Shown: positions 41,860 to 50,715 of the stretch, one piece after another
Position numbering within the stretch: position 1 is the first letter of the stretch
Layout: the number at the start of each line of letters is the position of its first letter
Sequence record: PV231354.1
Length of the DNA stretch: 64,000 nt
Strand: one strand, 5' to 3'
The notes under the pieces: model-generated
The model's database searches: none
Told to the model about the DNA's origin: nothing
Seen by the model: only the letters and a program-made list of their open reading frames with translations
Program-made: the position numbers and the translations under genes

Positions 41860-42407
41860 CAGGCCCTCTTGATCTTGCCGACGTGCGAGGGGCGCGTGGC
41901 GGCCTTGTAGACGAACGGGCGATAGGCCACGCGGTGGTGCTCGATGCAGTAGACGCCCTGCTCGGTGCGGCACCCGCAATGGCCGAAGTTCTGGTCGGTC
42001 GGATCGCCGTAGGGCCAGCGGCACATGCCGCGCGTCAGCTTCAGCGTCGGGACCACGGTCTCGGGGCGCACCGGGATCGGCGCCTGACCCTCGGGGACCA
42101 GTTCGATCTTCGGCTTCGACGGCTTCTCGGCCTTGGGCTTGGTGACCTTCTTGGGCTTGGCGACCTTGACCTTCTTGATCTGGATGCCGTAGCCGCGCGT
42201 CTTCTTGCGGCGCTCCTGGAGCGGCAGGACCTTCTCGCCCAGTTCGCCCTTCTGGCGCAGGCGATCGCCCATGCCGCAGACGGCGCTCTTGCTGCGCGGC
42301 TCGCTCAGCATTTCCCCGATCTGCTTGGTCCCGACAGGCTCTGCCCAGAGCTTCTTCAGCAGGGCGATGTCCTCGGCCAGCCAATCCGACTTACGCTTCT
42401 TCACCAC
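41859..42407 (-). CDS. gcrA: GcrA-family cell-cycle regulator homologue
   Basis: WLAEDIALLKKLW...SKSAVCGMGDRL; C-terminal CRWPYGDP...CG...YCIEH...AY. Confidence 0.88.
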   Translation of the reverse strand: MVKKRKSDWLAEDIALLKKLWAEPVGTKQIGEMLSEPRSKSAVCGMGDRLRQKGELGEKVLPLQERRKKTRGYGIQIKKVKVAKPKKVTKPKAEKPSKPKIELVPEGQAPIPVRPETVVPTLKLTRGMCRWPYGDPTDQNFGHCGCRTEQGVYCIEHHRVAYRPFVYKAATRPSHVGKIKRA

Positions 42408-42415
42408 CTTGTACG

Positions 42416-42601
42416 CTACTCCTGTTCTGCTTTGGCGGGACGCCGGCTTCTGGACTGACGCGGGACGAACACCAGGGCGACGGTCGAGCCGCCGGTGTAC
42501 TTGGTGCGGCGGCTATAGAGCCAACCGCCCTCGATTTCCAGGCGCTCGGTCACCTGACCATCGCCCTCGTCGATCTTTTCCCATTTCGTCTTCTTGGCCA
42601 T
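42416..42601 (-). CDS. Small hypothetical protein
   Basis: GAGGAG RBS; TERLEIEGGWLY. Confidence 0.72.
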   Translation of the reverse strand: MAKKTKWEKIDEGDGQVTERLEIEGGWLYSRRTKYTGGSTVALVFVPRQSRSRRPAKAEQE

Positions 42602-42603
42602 GA

Positions 42604-42653
42604 CGCTCCTCGATTTTCGCCGGCACCCTAGAGGAGCGCCGATGTGTTGACAA
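42604..42653 (-). promoter_or_regulatory. Leftward promoter of divergent pair
   Basis: TTGTCA-N17-TAGGGT with an 8-bp inverted repeat covering the RBS. Confidence 0.68.
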
Positions 42654-42666
42654 GCGCCAAATGGCT

Positions 42667-42724
42667 CTGGCTGGCGAGTGTTGACAAGGCGGCGGTGGTC
42701 CCTTAGAAGGGCGGCGACGACAAC
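42667..42724 (+). promoter_or_regulatory. Rightward promoter of divergent pair
   Basis: CTGGC-N6-GTG-TTGACA-N17-TAGAAG, CGACGACAAC. Confidence 0.85.
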
Positions 42725-42738
42725 GAAAGGAGGCGCCG

Positions 42739-43038
42739 ATGCGCTACGTTCTGGAGTACATGGACTGCGACGACCAGATCGTCCAGGTCGACTTCGAAGC
42801 CCCCACCCGCGCCTCGGCGATCGCCAAGGCCAAGCGCCTCTTCGTGAAGGCGGTCGAGGCCAGCGGCCGGTCGATCTTCACCGGCTACATGTTCGAGGAC
42901 CACTCGATCACCATGAAGGTGAAGCTGGTCCCGTTCGGCACCCTGAGCCGCTACCTGGGCCTGGGCAAGGTCACCGCCGCTAACATCTCGTTCGACGACC
43001 GCGACGCCAAGATCGCCCGCCAGGACATGGCCGCATGA
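42739..43038 (+). CDS. hypothetical protein
   Basis: GGAGG RBS; first gene after a promoter. Confidence 0.75.
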   Translation: MRYVLEYMDCDDQIVQVDFEAPTRASAIAKAKRLFVKAVEASGRSIFTGYMFEDHSITMKVKLVPFGTLSRYLGLGKVTAANISFDDRDAKIARQDMAA

Positions 43039-43247
43039 TCCGGGTCGAGGACGTTCAGCCCGGCTTCATCTATCGCGGCGGCAAGAGCGGCGCACTGCGT
43101 CAAGTGGTCAGCTACGGCGCCAACGAGAGCTTCGTCTGCTGGGCCAACCCGCACGATCGCCTGCCCTATGGCGGCTTCCTCAACACCACCTGCACCAGCC
43201 GGGCGTCCTTCGCTCGCTGGGCCGACAAGATCGAGGAAGAGGTTTGA
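43035..43247 (+). CDS. hypothetical protein
   Basis: ATGA overlap. Confidence 0.7.
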   Translation: MIRVEDVQPGFIYRGGKSGALRQVVSYGANESFVCWANPHDRLPYGGFLNTTCTSRASFARWADKIEEEV

Positions 43248-43531
43248 TCACCACCTTCCTGCGCTGCACCCATCGCGACGAGGCCGGCCGCCGGTACTTC
43301 GAGTTCCGCGAGCCCGACCTCGTCCAGCGCCTCTATGTCCGCAAGCCGCAGACCGAATGGGAAGAAGGCTTCCCGATCATCCTGGAGGACTTCTACAACG
43401 GCTCCTCTGGCGGCAAGACCCTGTACCGCGCCGGCAAGACCCAGGGCCTGGGGATCAGCGCGTTCTTCCGCGCCTTCCCCGAGGTCTTCACCCTGATCGT
43501 CCTGCCTCAGGAGGTGCTCGATGCCGCGTAA
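43244..43531 (+). CDS. hypothetical protein
   Basis: TTGA overlap. Confidence 0.68.
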   Translation: MITTFLRCTHRDEAGRRYFEFREPDLVQRLYVRKPQTEWEEGFPIILEDFYNGSSGGKTLYRAGKTQGLGISAFFRAFPEVFTLIVLPQEVLDAA

Positions 43532-43784
43532 GAAACGCCCCGACCTGCCCGTCACCGTCGCCGACCTCAAGGCGTACCTGGACAAGTTCCCGGACGACAT
43601 GAAGGTCGGCATCCGCAGCGGCGGTGGTCGCTTCACCGGCTTCACCGAGGTCGAGGTGTACAACCTCACCACCTATGGCTCGGCGAGCGATCGCCTGACC
43701 ATGGAGACCTCGCGTGGGGCCACCATCTTCAAAGGCTACAAGGGTAAGATTTCCGCGCCCTTCGACGCCCTCATTTTCGACTAG
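43521..43784 (+). CDS. hypothetical protein
   Basis: GGAGG RBS; VTVADLKAYLDKFPDDMKV. Confidence 0.72.
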   Translation: MPRKKRPDLPVTVADLKAYLDKFPDDMKVGIRSGGGRFTGFTEVEVYNLTTYGSASDRLTMETSRGATIFKGYKGKISAPFDALIFD

Positions 43785-43792
43785 GAGGGACC

Positions 43793-44047
43793 ATGAGCAA
43801 CCGCGTTTGGATCGAACTGGAAAAGCCCAAGACGGCCGAAGAAGGCAAGGCGCGCGCCGCGCTGCTCTGCAAGATGCTCGCCCGCCTGGGCGTCGAGTAC
43901 GGCCGCTATCCCGCCGTCTTCTGGAGCGAGCGCGACGGCAACTACGCCTTCACCCTCGACGGCGCCGGCAGCTACGCCGTCTGCGAGGGCGCCGAGCCCG
44001 GCCACTGGTACAACCTGGACTCCATCATCGAGGCGTTCGAGGCGTGA
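43793..44047 (+). CDS. hypothetical protein
   Basis: GGAGG RBS. Confidence 0.72.
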   Translation: MSNRVWIELEKPKTAEEGKARAALLCKMLARLGVEYGRYPAVFWSERDGNYAFTLDGAGSYAVCEGAEPGHWYNLDSIIEAFEA

Positions 44048-44442
44048 CCCAGGACACCTTCCCGCCGATCCGCCCCCGCGACGCCAGGGACGAGGAAGTC
44101 CATGGCTTCGTCGTCCGCTACGGCTGGTTCTGGAACGTGACCCTGCTCAACGGCACGATCCTGGCCTTCGATCCTGACGACGTCGACCCGTGCCGCTACG
44201 GCGTCACCGACAAGGACGCCTTCCGCAACCTCGCCGGCCCGGTCGAGACCATCGTCTCCTACGAGTGCGTCCAGGGCTGGCACGCCAAGGCCAAGCACCT
44301 GTCGGGCTGGACCGAGAAGCACGACGACCGGCTCGAAGCCCTGCGCACGGCCTACCGGCGCCTGGAGGAGCAGCGCGAACGCAACAGCCGGGCGCTCGAA
44401 GAGCACGGCGGCATCTTCCAGTTCCTGGAGAAGCAGGACTGA
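44044..44442 (+). CDS. hypothetical protein
   Basis: GTGA overlap. Confidence 0.68.
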   Translation: MTQDTFPPIRPRDARDEEVHGFVVRYGWFWNVTLLNGTILAFDPDDVDPCRYGVTDKDAFRNLAGPVETIVSYECVQGWHAKAKHLSGWTEKHDDRLEALRTAYRRLEEQRERNSRALEEHGGIFQFLEKQD

Positions 44443-44443
44443 C

Positions 44444-44632
44444 GTGACCAACGAGGAGATCACCTTCGCGGGCCTGATCAAGGCCATGGAGGACGCCCGC
44501 CGTGAAGCCCGCGCGGTGGGCGATCTCCTCAAGGCCGCCGAGATCGACGGCTGGTTCAAGGAGCACGCCCGGATCATCCGGGTGATCCGCGACAAGGCCG
44601 AGGCCGAAGAATTCGACAATCCGTTGGCGTGA
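44444..44632 (+). CDS. hypothetical protein
   Basis: ORF in operon. Confidence 0.65.
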   Translation: MTNEEITFAGLIKAMEDARREARAVGDLLKAAEIDGWFKEHARIIRVIRDKAEAEEFDNPLA

Positions 44633-44682
44633 GAGTGTTGACAGTCTCGCCGCGCCCGGCTACAAGCCTCCTCGACGACAAC
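44624..44682 (+). promoter_or_regulatory. Early promoter with upstream element and leader
   Basis: TTGGC-N6-GTG-TTGACA-N17-TACAAG, CGACGACAAC. Confidence 0.85.
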
Positions 44683-44696
44683 GCAAGGAGCCTGTC

Positions 44697-45860
44697 TTGA
44701 CCGATTTCCCGATCATCCGCGCCGCCATTGAAGGCCGCCGCGCCGCTGGTTTCGACACCGTCCTGGCCAACGCCGACGCCTTCGCTGCCGAGGGCGTGCT
44801 GATCAAGGCCGAGTTCGAGGACATCAAGGGCGTCTTCAGCCGCTGCCTCTCCGACGCCTGGGAAGTCGTGCGCAAGCGCCACTTCTTCATCGACCACGCC
44901 CTGCGCTCCAAGGAAGTCGAGGACCTCTTCTGGAGCTTCTCGATCCCCTATCCGCACGTCATGCCGGGCTTCCTGAAGAAGACCCTGGCGGCCAAGAACA
45001 TCCCGGCCAACGTCCGCGAAGACCTCGTGGCCCTGTTCAACGAGGGCATCGCCCTCAACGACAAGCTGGTGGCACTCAAGCCTCTGATCGGCAAGCGCGC
45101 GCCCAAGAAGACCAAGGTCGAGATCGAGCGCGAGGGCAAGGAACGCACCTGCCAAATCTGCGGTCGCGGCATCCTGGCCGAGGGCGGCATCATCGCCCAC
45201 CACGGCTACACCCGCCCCTACGAGGGCTGGCAGACCGCCTCCTGCTCTGGCGCCCGCGAGGTTCCGTTCGAACTGAGCCGCGACGAACTGGGCAAAGAGA
45301 TCGCCGCCCTGAAGGCGTGGCGCGTGCGCAAGGTGAACGAGCGCGCGGCGATCGAAGCCGAGACCGTCAAGCTGATCCTGAAGTATCAGGTCTCCGAGCA
45401 GGACCCGCGCAAGGCGCAGGGCTTCAAGCTGACCGTCGATCGCCAGATCGAAGTCACCCGCGACACCTTCGAGGCCCTGAAGGTCTCCACGCCCGAGGCC
45501 TTCTCGGGCAAGTACAACCCCCGCAAGGAGGGCAAGTACACCTACGAGGCCCTGACCTTCGACGGCCTGAAAGAGCAGGCCCTGGGCATGGTCGACATCG
45601 AGATCGGCCGCCTGGACAACGACATCCTGCGCCAGCAGGCCCGCTATGACGCCTGGAGCCAGAAGGCGATCTTCGCCAAGGGCCGCTATTGGTTCATCGG
45701 TGATGAGGTCCAGACCGCCGACGGCGCGGTGGGCAGCATCAAGGGCTTCTACCAGCACTATCCGCCGCAGCCGGGCGACGTCGCGGGCGGCGTGCGTCTC
45801 GGGGCCGAGACCAGCGGTTTCGTCTCCTGGAACGTCGAGAGCCTGGAGCCGGTGGCCTGA
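44697..45860 (+). CDS. hypothetical protein with CxxC/HGY/C metal motif
   Basis: TCQICGR...AHHGY...SCSG. Confidence 0.78.
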   Translation: MTDFPIIRAAIEGRRAAGFDTVLANADAFAAEGVLIKAEFEDIKGVFSRCLSDAWEVVRKRHFFIDHALRSKEVEDLFWSFSIPYPHVMPGFLKKTLAAKNIPANVREDLVALFNEGIALNDKLVALKPLIGKRAPKKTKVEIEREGKERTCQICGRGILAEGGIIAHHGYTRPYEGWQTASCSGAREVPFELSRDELGKEIAALKAWRVRKVNERAAIEAETVKLILKYQVSEQDPRKAQGFKLTVDRQIEVTRDTFEALKVSTPEAFSGKYNPRKEGKYTYEALTFDGLKEQALGMVDIEIGRLDNDILRQQARYDAWSQKAIFAKGRYWFIGDEVQTADGAVGSIKGFYQHYPPQPGDVAGGVRLGAETSGFVSWNVESLEPVA

Positions 45861-46261
45861 TGCGCTTCGTCTCCCCAAACCAACCCTACTGCCGCTGCTG
45901 CGGCAAGCCGATCAAGAAGTTCACGCTCCGGCACTCGTTTGGCAAGAGCGAGTACAAGGACCATGGCTGGTCGATCTCGCGCACCGAGAAACCGATGTCC
46001 AAGGAGGAACTCCAGCGCGCGGTCAACGGCCGGATCATCTCGTTCACCTGGGACCACGAGACGACCTACGACGCCAACTACGAGCCGATCCGCACGAAGA
46101 CCTTCATCGGCGAGGCCAACGTCTGGGACGGCGAGACCTACGAGGCGCAGTTCTTCTGCACCATGCGGTGCGCCGCCGCGTTCGGGGAAATGGCCGCCCG
46201 TGAATATCCGGGCCTCCACACCCAGACCTACGCTGACGCCATGAAAAAGAGGGAGGGCTAA
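45860..46261 (+). CDS. Zn-binding hypothetical protein
   Basis: CRCCGK...FCTMRC. Confidence 0.72.
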   Translation: MRFVSPNQPYCRCCGKPIKKFTLRHSFGKSEYKDHGWSISRTEKPMSKEELQRAVNGRIISFTWDHETTYDANYEPIRTKTFIGEANVWDGETYEAQFFCTMRCAAAFGEMAAREYPGLHTQTYADAMKKREG

Positions 46262-46983
46262 TGTCCGACGAGATCAGGAAGACCCACGAAGCCTTCGGCG
46301 TGATCGGCTACAGCCACACCCAGGGCGACACCGATCTGGTCGGCGTCGACTACGCCCAGGGGCACTACGTGTCCCTGACGATCAAGACGGCGATCGCCTA
46401 CGAGGGCGAGACGCACGATCGCTTCCACGGCGACAAGTACATCTGCAAGGTGTCGATGAGCGAGGTCCAGTGGGCCTCCTTCATCGCCAACCCCAACCGG
46501 GGTGACGGCGTGCCCTGCACCTTGCAGTTCTACCGTGACCCGCTGACCGGCGAGCCCAAGCAGCCGAGATACCTGCGCGAGCGCCTGACCCGCATCGACC
46601 GCACCCGCGAGGCCGTCACCGCCCGCGCCAAGGGCCTGTCGACCAAGGTCAAGGAAGCCCAGGCCGAACTCCAGCGGCTGATGGACGGCGGCCCGATCAA
46701 GAAGGGCGATCTGAAGGCGCTCAAGGACCTGCTCTACTTCGCCAACCAGGACATGGACATGAACCTGGGCTACTTCGTCGAGCGGGTCGAGGAGACCATC
46801 GACAAGGCGGTGGTCGACGCCAAGGCCCAGGTCGACGCCCACGTCGACTTCGTGGTCCGGGAACTGGGCGTGCGCGCCCTGGGCTCGCGGCTGCAAGCGG
46901 CGATCGACGCGGGCCATGAGCCGGGCGCGGTCGGTCAAGCCCTGCTCGACGCGATAGCCCCACCCCAGGAGCCGCCGACGTGA
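46261..46983 (+). CDS. Phage hypothetical protein
   Basis: HEAFGVI...MSEVQWASF...GDGVPCTL. Confidence 0.75.
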   Translation: MSDEIRKTHEAFGVIGYSHTQGDTDLVGVDYAQGHYVSLTIKTAIAYEGETHDRFHGDKYICKVSMSEVQWASFIANPNRGDGVPCTLQFYRDPLTGEPKQPRYLRERLTRIDRTREAVTARAKGLSTKVKEAQAELQRLMDGGPIKKGDLKALKDLLYFANQDMDMNLGYFVERVEETIDKAVVDAKAQVDAHVDFVVRELGVRALGSRLQAAIDAGHEPGAVGQALLDAIAPPQEPPT

Positions 46984-47222
46984 GGACGCCCCGCTTCCTG
47001 AACCGCTGGCGCGACCGCGACCTCGCCGAGGAGAAGGCCTTCCAGACCAAGGGTCTGGCCTTCGCCCACGCCGCGCGCATCGCCAGCCGCCTGGGCGAGA
47101 TCGTTCGTGTCGAGCATCAGGAACCCATCAGCCAAGCCTCCCCGAACTGGGCGGTGGTCGAGAAGTGGAGCTTCCACCCCGACGGCCGCATGACCCGTGA
47201 CCTCAAGAAGGAAGTCCTATGA
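46980..47222 (+). CDS. hypothetical protein
   Basis: GTGA overlap. Confidence 0.65.
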   Translation: MRTPRFLNRWRDRDLAEEKAFQTKGLAFAHAARIASRLGEIVRVEHQEPISQASPNWAVVEKWSFHPDGRMTRDLKKEVL

Positions 47223-47713
47223 CCCGCAGCACCACCGAGATCATCGCCCGCATCAAGTCCCTGGAGAACGACACGTCGGACTTCTTCGGCTTCCAGACGG
47301 GCGATCTCGTCTGCTATCTCCCCTTCGCCGACGCCAAGCCCTGGCTGAACGAGAACGCGACGGCCGAGGCCTGGACGCCCAGCGTCAACACGCCCGAGGC
47401 GATCAAGTCGACCATCCACGACTACATGTCGTTCGCCTGGGACAAGGCCAACAACTGCCGGGGCCTGTCGGCCGGCCGCTCACTAGACCACATGAAGGCT
47501 TGGCTCTGGCTCTACGGCGCCGACGAAGCCTGGATCGAGGCCCTGCGCCTGGACAACTACACCATGTACGGCAAGCCCCAGCTTCGCGCGATCTGCGAGC
47601 ACTTCGGCTGGGACTGGACCCAGTGGGATGACGGCTGCTGGACCAACAACGAGGGCGCGGCCGGCTACAGCCCGGACGAGGTCGAGCGCGTCGGCGTCCT
47701 GGCTGACGCCTAG
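47219..47713 (+). CDS. hypothetical protein
   Basis: ATGA overlap. Confidence 0.72.
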   Translation: MTRSTTEIIARIKSLENDTSDFFGFQTGDLVCYLPFADAKPWLNENATAEAWTPSVNTPEAIKSTIHDYMSFAWDKANNCRGLSAGRSLDHMKAWLWLYGADEAWIEALRLDNYTMYGKPQLRAICEHFGWDWTQWDDGCWTNNEGAAGYSPDEVERVGVLADA

Positions 47714-47783
47714 TTGGCGTTAGAGTGTTGACAGTCATTGGGGCCTCCTCTATATCCACCCTCGACGACAACGAGGAGGCCCC
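47714..47783 (+). promoter_or_regulatory. Early promoter with upstream element, leader and 11-bp inverted repeat
   Basis: TTGGC-N6-GTG-TTGACA-N17-TATATC; GGGGCCTCCTC...GAGGAGGCCCC. Confidence 0.87.
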
Positions 47784-47784
47784 G

Positions 47785-49533
47785 ATGACGACCGAGACCA
47801 TGACCCTGAGCTTCCGTATCGAAGGCGCCGCCCTGGTGGAGCGCGCCCGCGACCGGGTCATCGAAGGCGCCTGGGAGCATGGCCTGCGCATCCTCGTCGA
47901 GGGTCTGCACGGCATGACCTACGAGATCGCCATCGACATCCTGATGGGCAAGTACACCCTGGGCGGCTGGTCCTCGGACCCCGAGGGCGTCTACCTCACC
48001 GAGCAAGACCCCGAGGACGAGACCTTCAAGCGCTACAAGGAGACGTTCGACTTCCAGTTCGCCGGCGTCTTCAAGGACGAGACGGGCCGCATCATGCGCC
48101 CCTACGCCATCGTCGACAGCTACGGCAAGAAGGACTTCGACTCCAAGTACCGCTACGACCACGCCCGCGCGCGCGGCTCGGACGAGTTCCTGTCGCGCCC
48201 GGTGCGCTACCACGACATCCTGGGCAAGGACCCGATCGACTGGGCCTATCGCGCCCTGCATTACGCCAACCTGCCGCAGCAAGACATCGTCAAGCGGGTC
48301 AAGAACCCCGGCGAATACCACGGCACGATCCAGGAGATGGCCGCGCTATTCGAGGTCATCCACGACTACCCCAAGCTCCTGCTGCCCTACGTCACCAACA
48401 GCGCCCAGGAGGCCGTCGACAAAGCGGTCGCCTCCGGCCGCCGGATGGAGAAGCGCGGCTATGTCCACGAGTACGGCCCCAATGATCCGTTCGCTGAGTT
48501 CCACGCCGTGACGACCACGGCGATCGACAACTTGCCGCCCCAGTGGGTGATCGAGAACCAAGCCTATGAGCCCCCGGCGCCGGTCAAGGCCCTGGAGGAC
48601 TTCAAGCAGGGCGTCGCGAGCGCCCCTGATGAGGTCTCGGCGATGAACCGGATGATCGTCAAGGAGGTCAACGCCGGCACGAGCATGTCGACCGCCATCG
48701 CCCTGGCCCGCGCCAAGATGGCGCTGATGGGTGGCATGGCCGAGGACCCTGAAGAGCGCATGTCGGCGATTAACGCCCACTTGGCGGCGGAGGCCGAGCG
48801 CGCCGAAGGCAAGTCCAACGAGACCTACCGCAAGGCGATCCAGGAGCAGGCCGCCGGCGACTACTTCGATCTCGTGTACACGGGTAAGGGTGGCGAGGAG
48901 GTGACCCTGAAGGTCCCGACCGCGCCGTTCGAGAAGTGGTGCCTGTGGCGCACCGCCGGCGCTCACCTCGCCAAGCCGTGGAAGCGCGTCACCTATTCGG
49001 GTCTGAAGTGCTTCGGCGACGACCCCTATCACACCGACTGGGTCATCGGCGCGGGCCTGGAGCCCGAGGATTGGCCGACCCGCAGCGACGACCCGCTGCA
49101 CAAGGCCGCCTGGGACAAGCGCTTCGAGGTCGCCCAGAGCAAGATGGGCGGCAATCTGGTGGTCCTGCTGGGCACGGGCTTCGTGACCGGCAAGATCAAG
49201 CACCTCAAGCCGGGCGAGACCCTGGAGCGGGGGCAGATCGGCGTGATCCGCAACGCTGGCCCCGACTACGTCCAGGCCGCCGTCAGCGCGATCGACAACA
49301 ACGCCGCCCTGATCACCGAGAACGGCGGCAACGTCGCCCACCTCGTCACCGAGTTCCGGGACAAGCCGCTGCGTCTGGTGCGCATCGCCGACGCCCGCAA
49401 GATTTTCAAGGACGGCATGGAGGTCGACCTCGACCTGGATAAGGCATGGCGCCGTATCTACGAAGGCTCGCGCGGTCCCGCGCCGGGTGACCTCTACCTG
49501 CCGCCGGAATGGGAGATTCAAGATGACGCATGA
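47785..49533 (+). CDS. Large protein with C-terminal PEP-utiliser phospho-His swivel domain
   Basis: ALITENGGNVAHLVTEFRD...ARKIFKDGMEVDLD; start moved to MTTETM. Confidence 0.72.
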   Translation: MTTETMTLSFRIEGAALVERARDRVIEGAWEHGLRILVEGLHGMTYEIAIDILMGKYTLGGWSSDPEGVYLTEQDPEDETFKRYKETFDFQFAGVFKDETGRIMRPYAIVDSYGKKDFDSKYRYDHARARGSDEFLSRPVRYHDILGKDPIDWAYRALHYANLPQQDIVKRVKNPGEYHGTIQEMAALFEVIHDYPKLLLPYVTNSAQEAVDKAVASGRRMEKRGYVHEYGPNDPFAEFHAVTTTAIDNLPPQWVIENQAYEPPAPVKALEDFKQGVASAPDEVSAMNRMIVKEVNAGTSMSTAIALARAKMALMGGMAEDPEERMSAINAHLAAEAERAEGKSNETYRKAIQEQAAGDYFDLVYTGKGGEEVTLKVPTAPFEKWCLWRTAGAHLAKPWKRVTYSGLKCFGDDPYHTDWVIGAGLEPEDWPTRSDDPLHKAAWDKRFEVAQSKMGGNLVVLLGTGFVTGKIKHLKPGETLERGQIGVIRNAGPDYVQAAVSAIDNNAALITENGGNVAHLVTEFRDKPLRLVRIADARKIFKDGMEVDLDLDKAWRRIYEGSRGPAPGDLYLPPEWEIQDDA

Positions 49534-49819
49534 ACTGATTATGGTCCAGGTGGGTGGGCAAGCCCATTCGCACTTCTCGATCGAGACGCGCGAGGCCGAG
49601 GTGCCGGGCGGAAAGCTCTACATCACCACGGCGCATGCCGGCGAGAACTGCGAGGCCATATCGGTCGCCCAGACCTTCGTGCCGACGCCGCCGCCGTCTA
49701 AGGTCGTGACCATCCCCGACGAGGTGCTGCGCGACCTGATGAGCCGCAAGGACGTCGCCAGCGGGCGCTCGCTGCTCAAGAAGTGGCTGTTCGCCCACGG
49801 CCTGGAGCTTGAGGCCTGA
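49523..49819 (+). CDS. hypothetical protein
   Basis: Start MTHELI. Confidence 0.65.
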   Translation: MTHELIMVQVGGQAHSHFSIETREAEVPGGKLYITTAHAGENCEAISVAQTFVPTPPPSKVVTIPDEVLRDLMSRKDVASGRSLLKKWLFAHGLELEA

Positions 49820-49998
49820 TGCCGCTCTTCAGCTTCAAGGCTACGGTCACCTACCACGACGACGTCGTGATCGACGCCGAGGACGAGGACCACGCCCGCG
49901 AACTGGTGGCTGAGTCTGGCTTCACCGGAAGCCACATCGTCAGCCACGACGCCGACCTTGACCCCGAGATCAAGCTCCACCTGGACGAGGAGGACTGA
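49819..49998 (+). CDS. 59-aa acidic protein (not in ORF track)
   Basis: MPLFSFKATVTYHDDVVIDAEDEDHARELV...; TGATG coupling. Confidence 0.68.
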   Translation: MPLFSFKATVTYHDDVVIDAEDEDHARELVAESGFTGSHIVSHDADLDPEIKLHLDEED

Positions 49999-49999
49999 C

Positions 50000-50506
50000 A
50001 TGGCCGATTTCAGTGAGGCCCGGCGTGCGGTCGCGACCGAGGAACTGATCACGCGCCTGAAGGCCCTCAAGGACCTGGAGGACGCCCGCGACATCCCGGA
50101 CGAGGAGACCAAGTCGGCGCTGGCGGCGGCGATCCTGCGCCTTGGTGAGTACGAGGATGAGGTCCAAAGCAACAAGGCCACGATCGCGCGCCTTATGGGA
50201 GCCATCCATGCCTGGAGGACGATGGTCACCCAGGACCAGGGCGCGCCCGACTTCAAGCGCGCCGCCGCCCATCTGCACGTCTTCTCCACCTTCTACGACC
50301 GCATGTGGGCGATCGTTCGCACCTTCGAGAAGGCCGTGGATGAGACGGGCCTGCTGAACAAGACTGGTCCTGATCCGATCCGCCGGCTGATCTGGAAGTA
50401 CATCCGCCACGATCTGGCCGGCGAACTGGGCTCGTCCATGCTCTGGTCGCACCGCAACGCCGTCGCCGCCCTCAAGGGCCTGGAAGATGCGGAGCCGAAG
50501 GTTTGA
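50000..50506 (+). CDS. hypothetical protein
   Basis: GAGGAGG RBS. Confidence 0.72.
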   Translation: MADFSEARRAVATEELITRLKALKDLEDARDIPDEETKSALAAAILRLGEYEDEVQSNKATIARLMGAIHAWRTMVTQDQGAPDFKRAAAHLHVFSTFYDRMWAIVRTFEKAVDETGLLNKTGPDPIRRLIWKYIRHDLAGELGSSMLWSHRNAVAALKGLEDAEPKV

Positions 50507-50715
50507 GCCGCCGCTACACCGGCCCGCGCTTCTGGGTCTCCGAGGACGGCCACGTCCACCAAATCCAGGACGGCGTCACCAACGTCGTCGCCACCCTCTC
50601 CCCGGACGAGATGAAACGGCTGCGCAAGTGCGGTTGGAACATCGGCTCGTCCACCCGCCGCTACGCCTACAACCCCGCCTCAATTCTCCGCAACGCCCTG
50701 GGAGCCGCCCGATGA
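50503..50715 (+). CDS. hypothetical protein
   Basis: TTGA overlap. Confidence 0.62.
   Translation: MSRRYTGPRFWVSEDGHVHQIQDGVTNVVATLSPDEMKRLRKCGWNIGSSTRRYAYNPASILRNALGAAR

Noticed and set aside
44624-44643. YTGGC...TTG element as a sigma54 promoter
   Set aside because: TGGC-to-TTG distance is 9 nt rather than 7 and the second half is TTGA, not TTGC; a sigma70-type -10 follows
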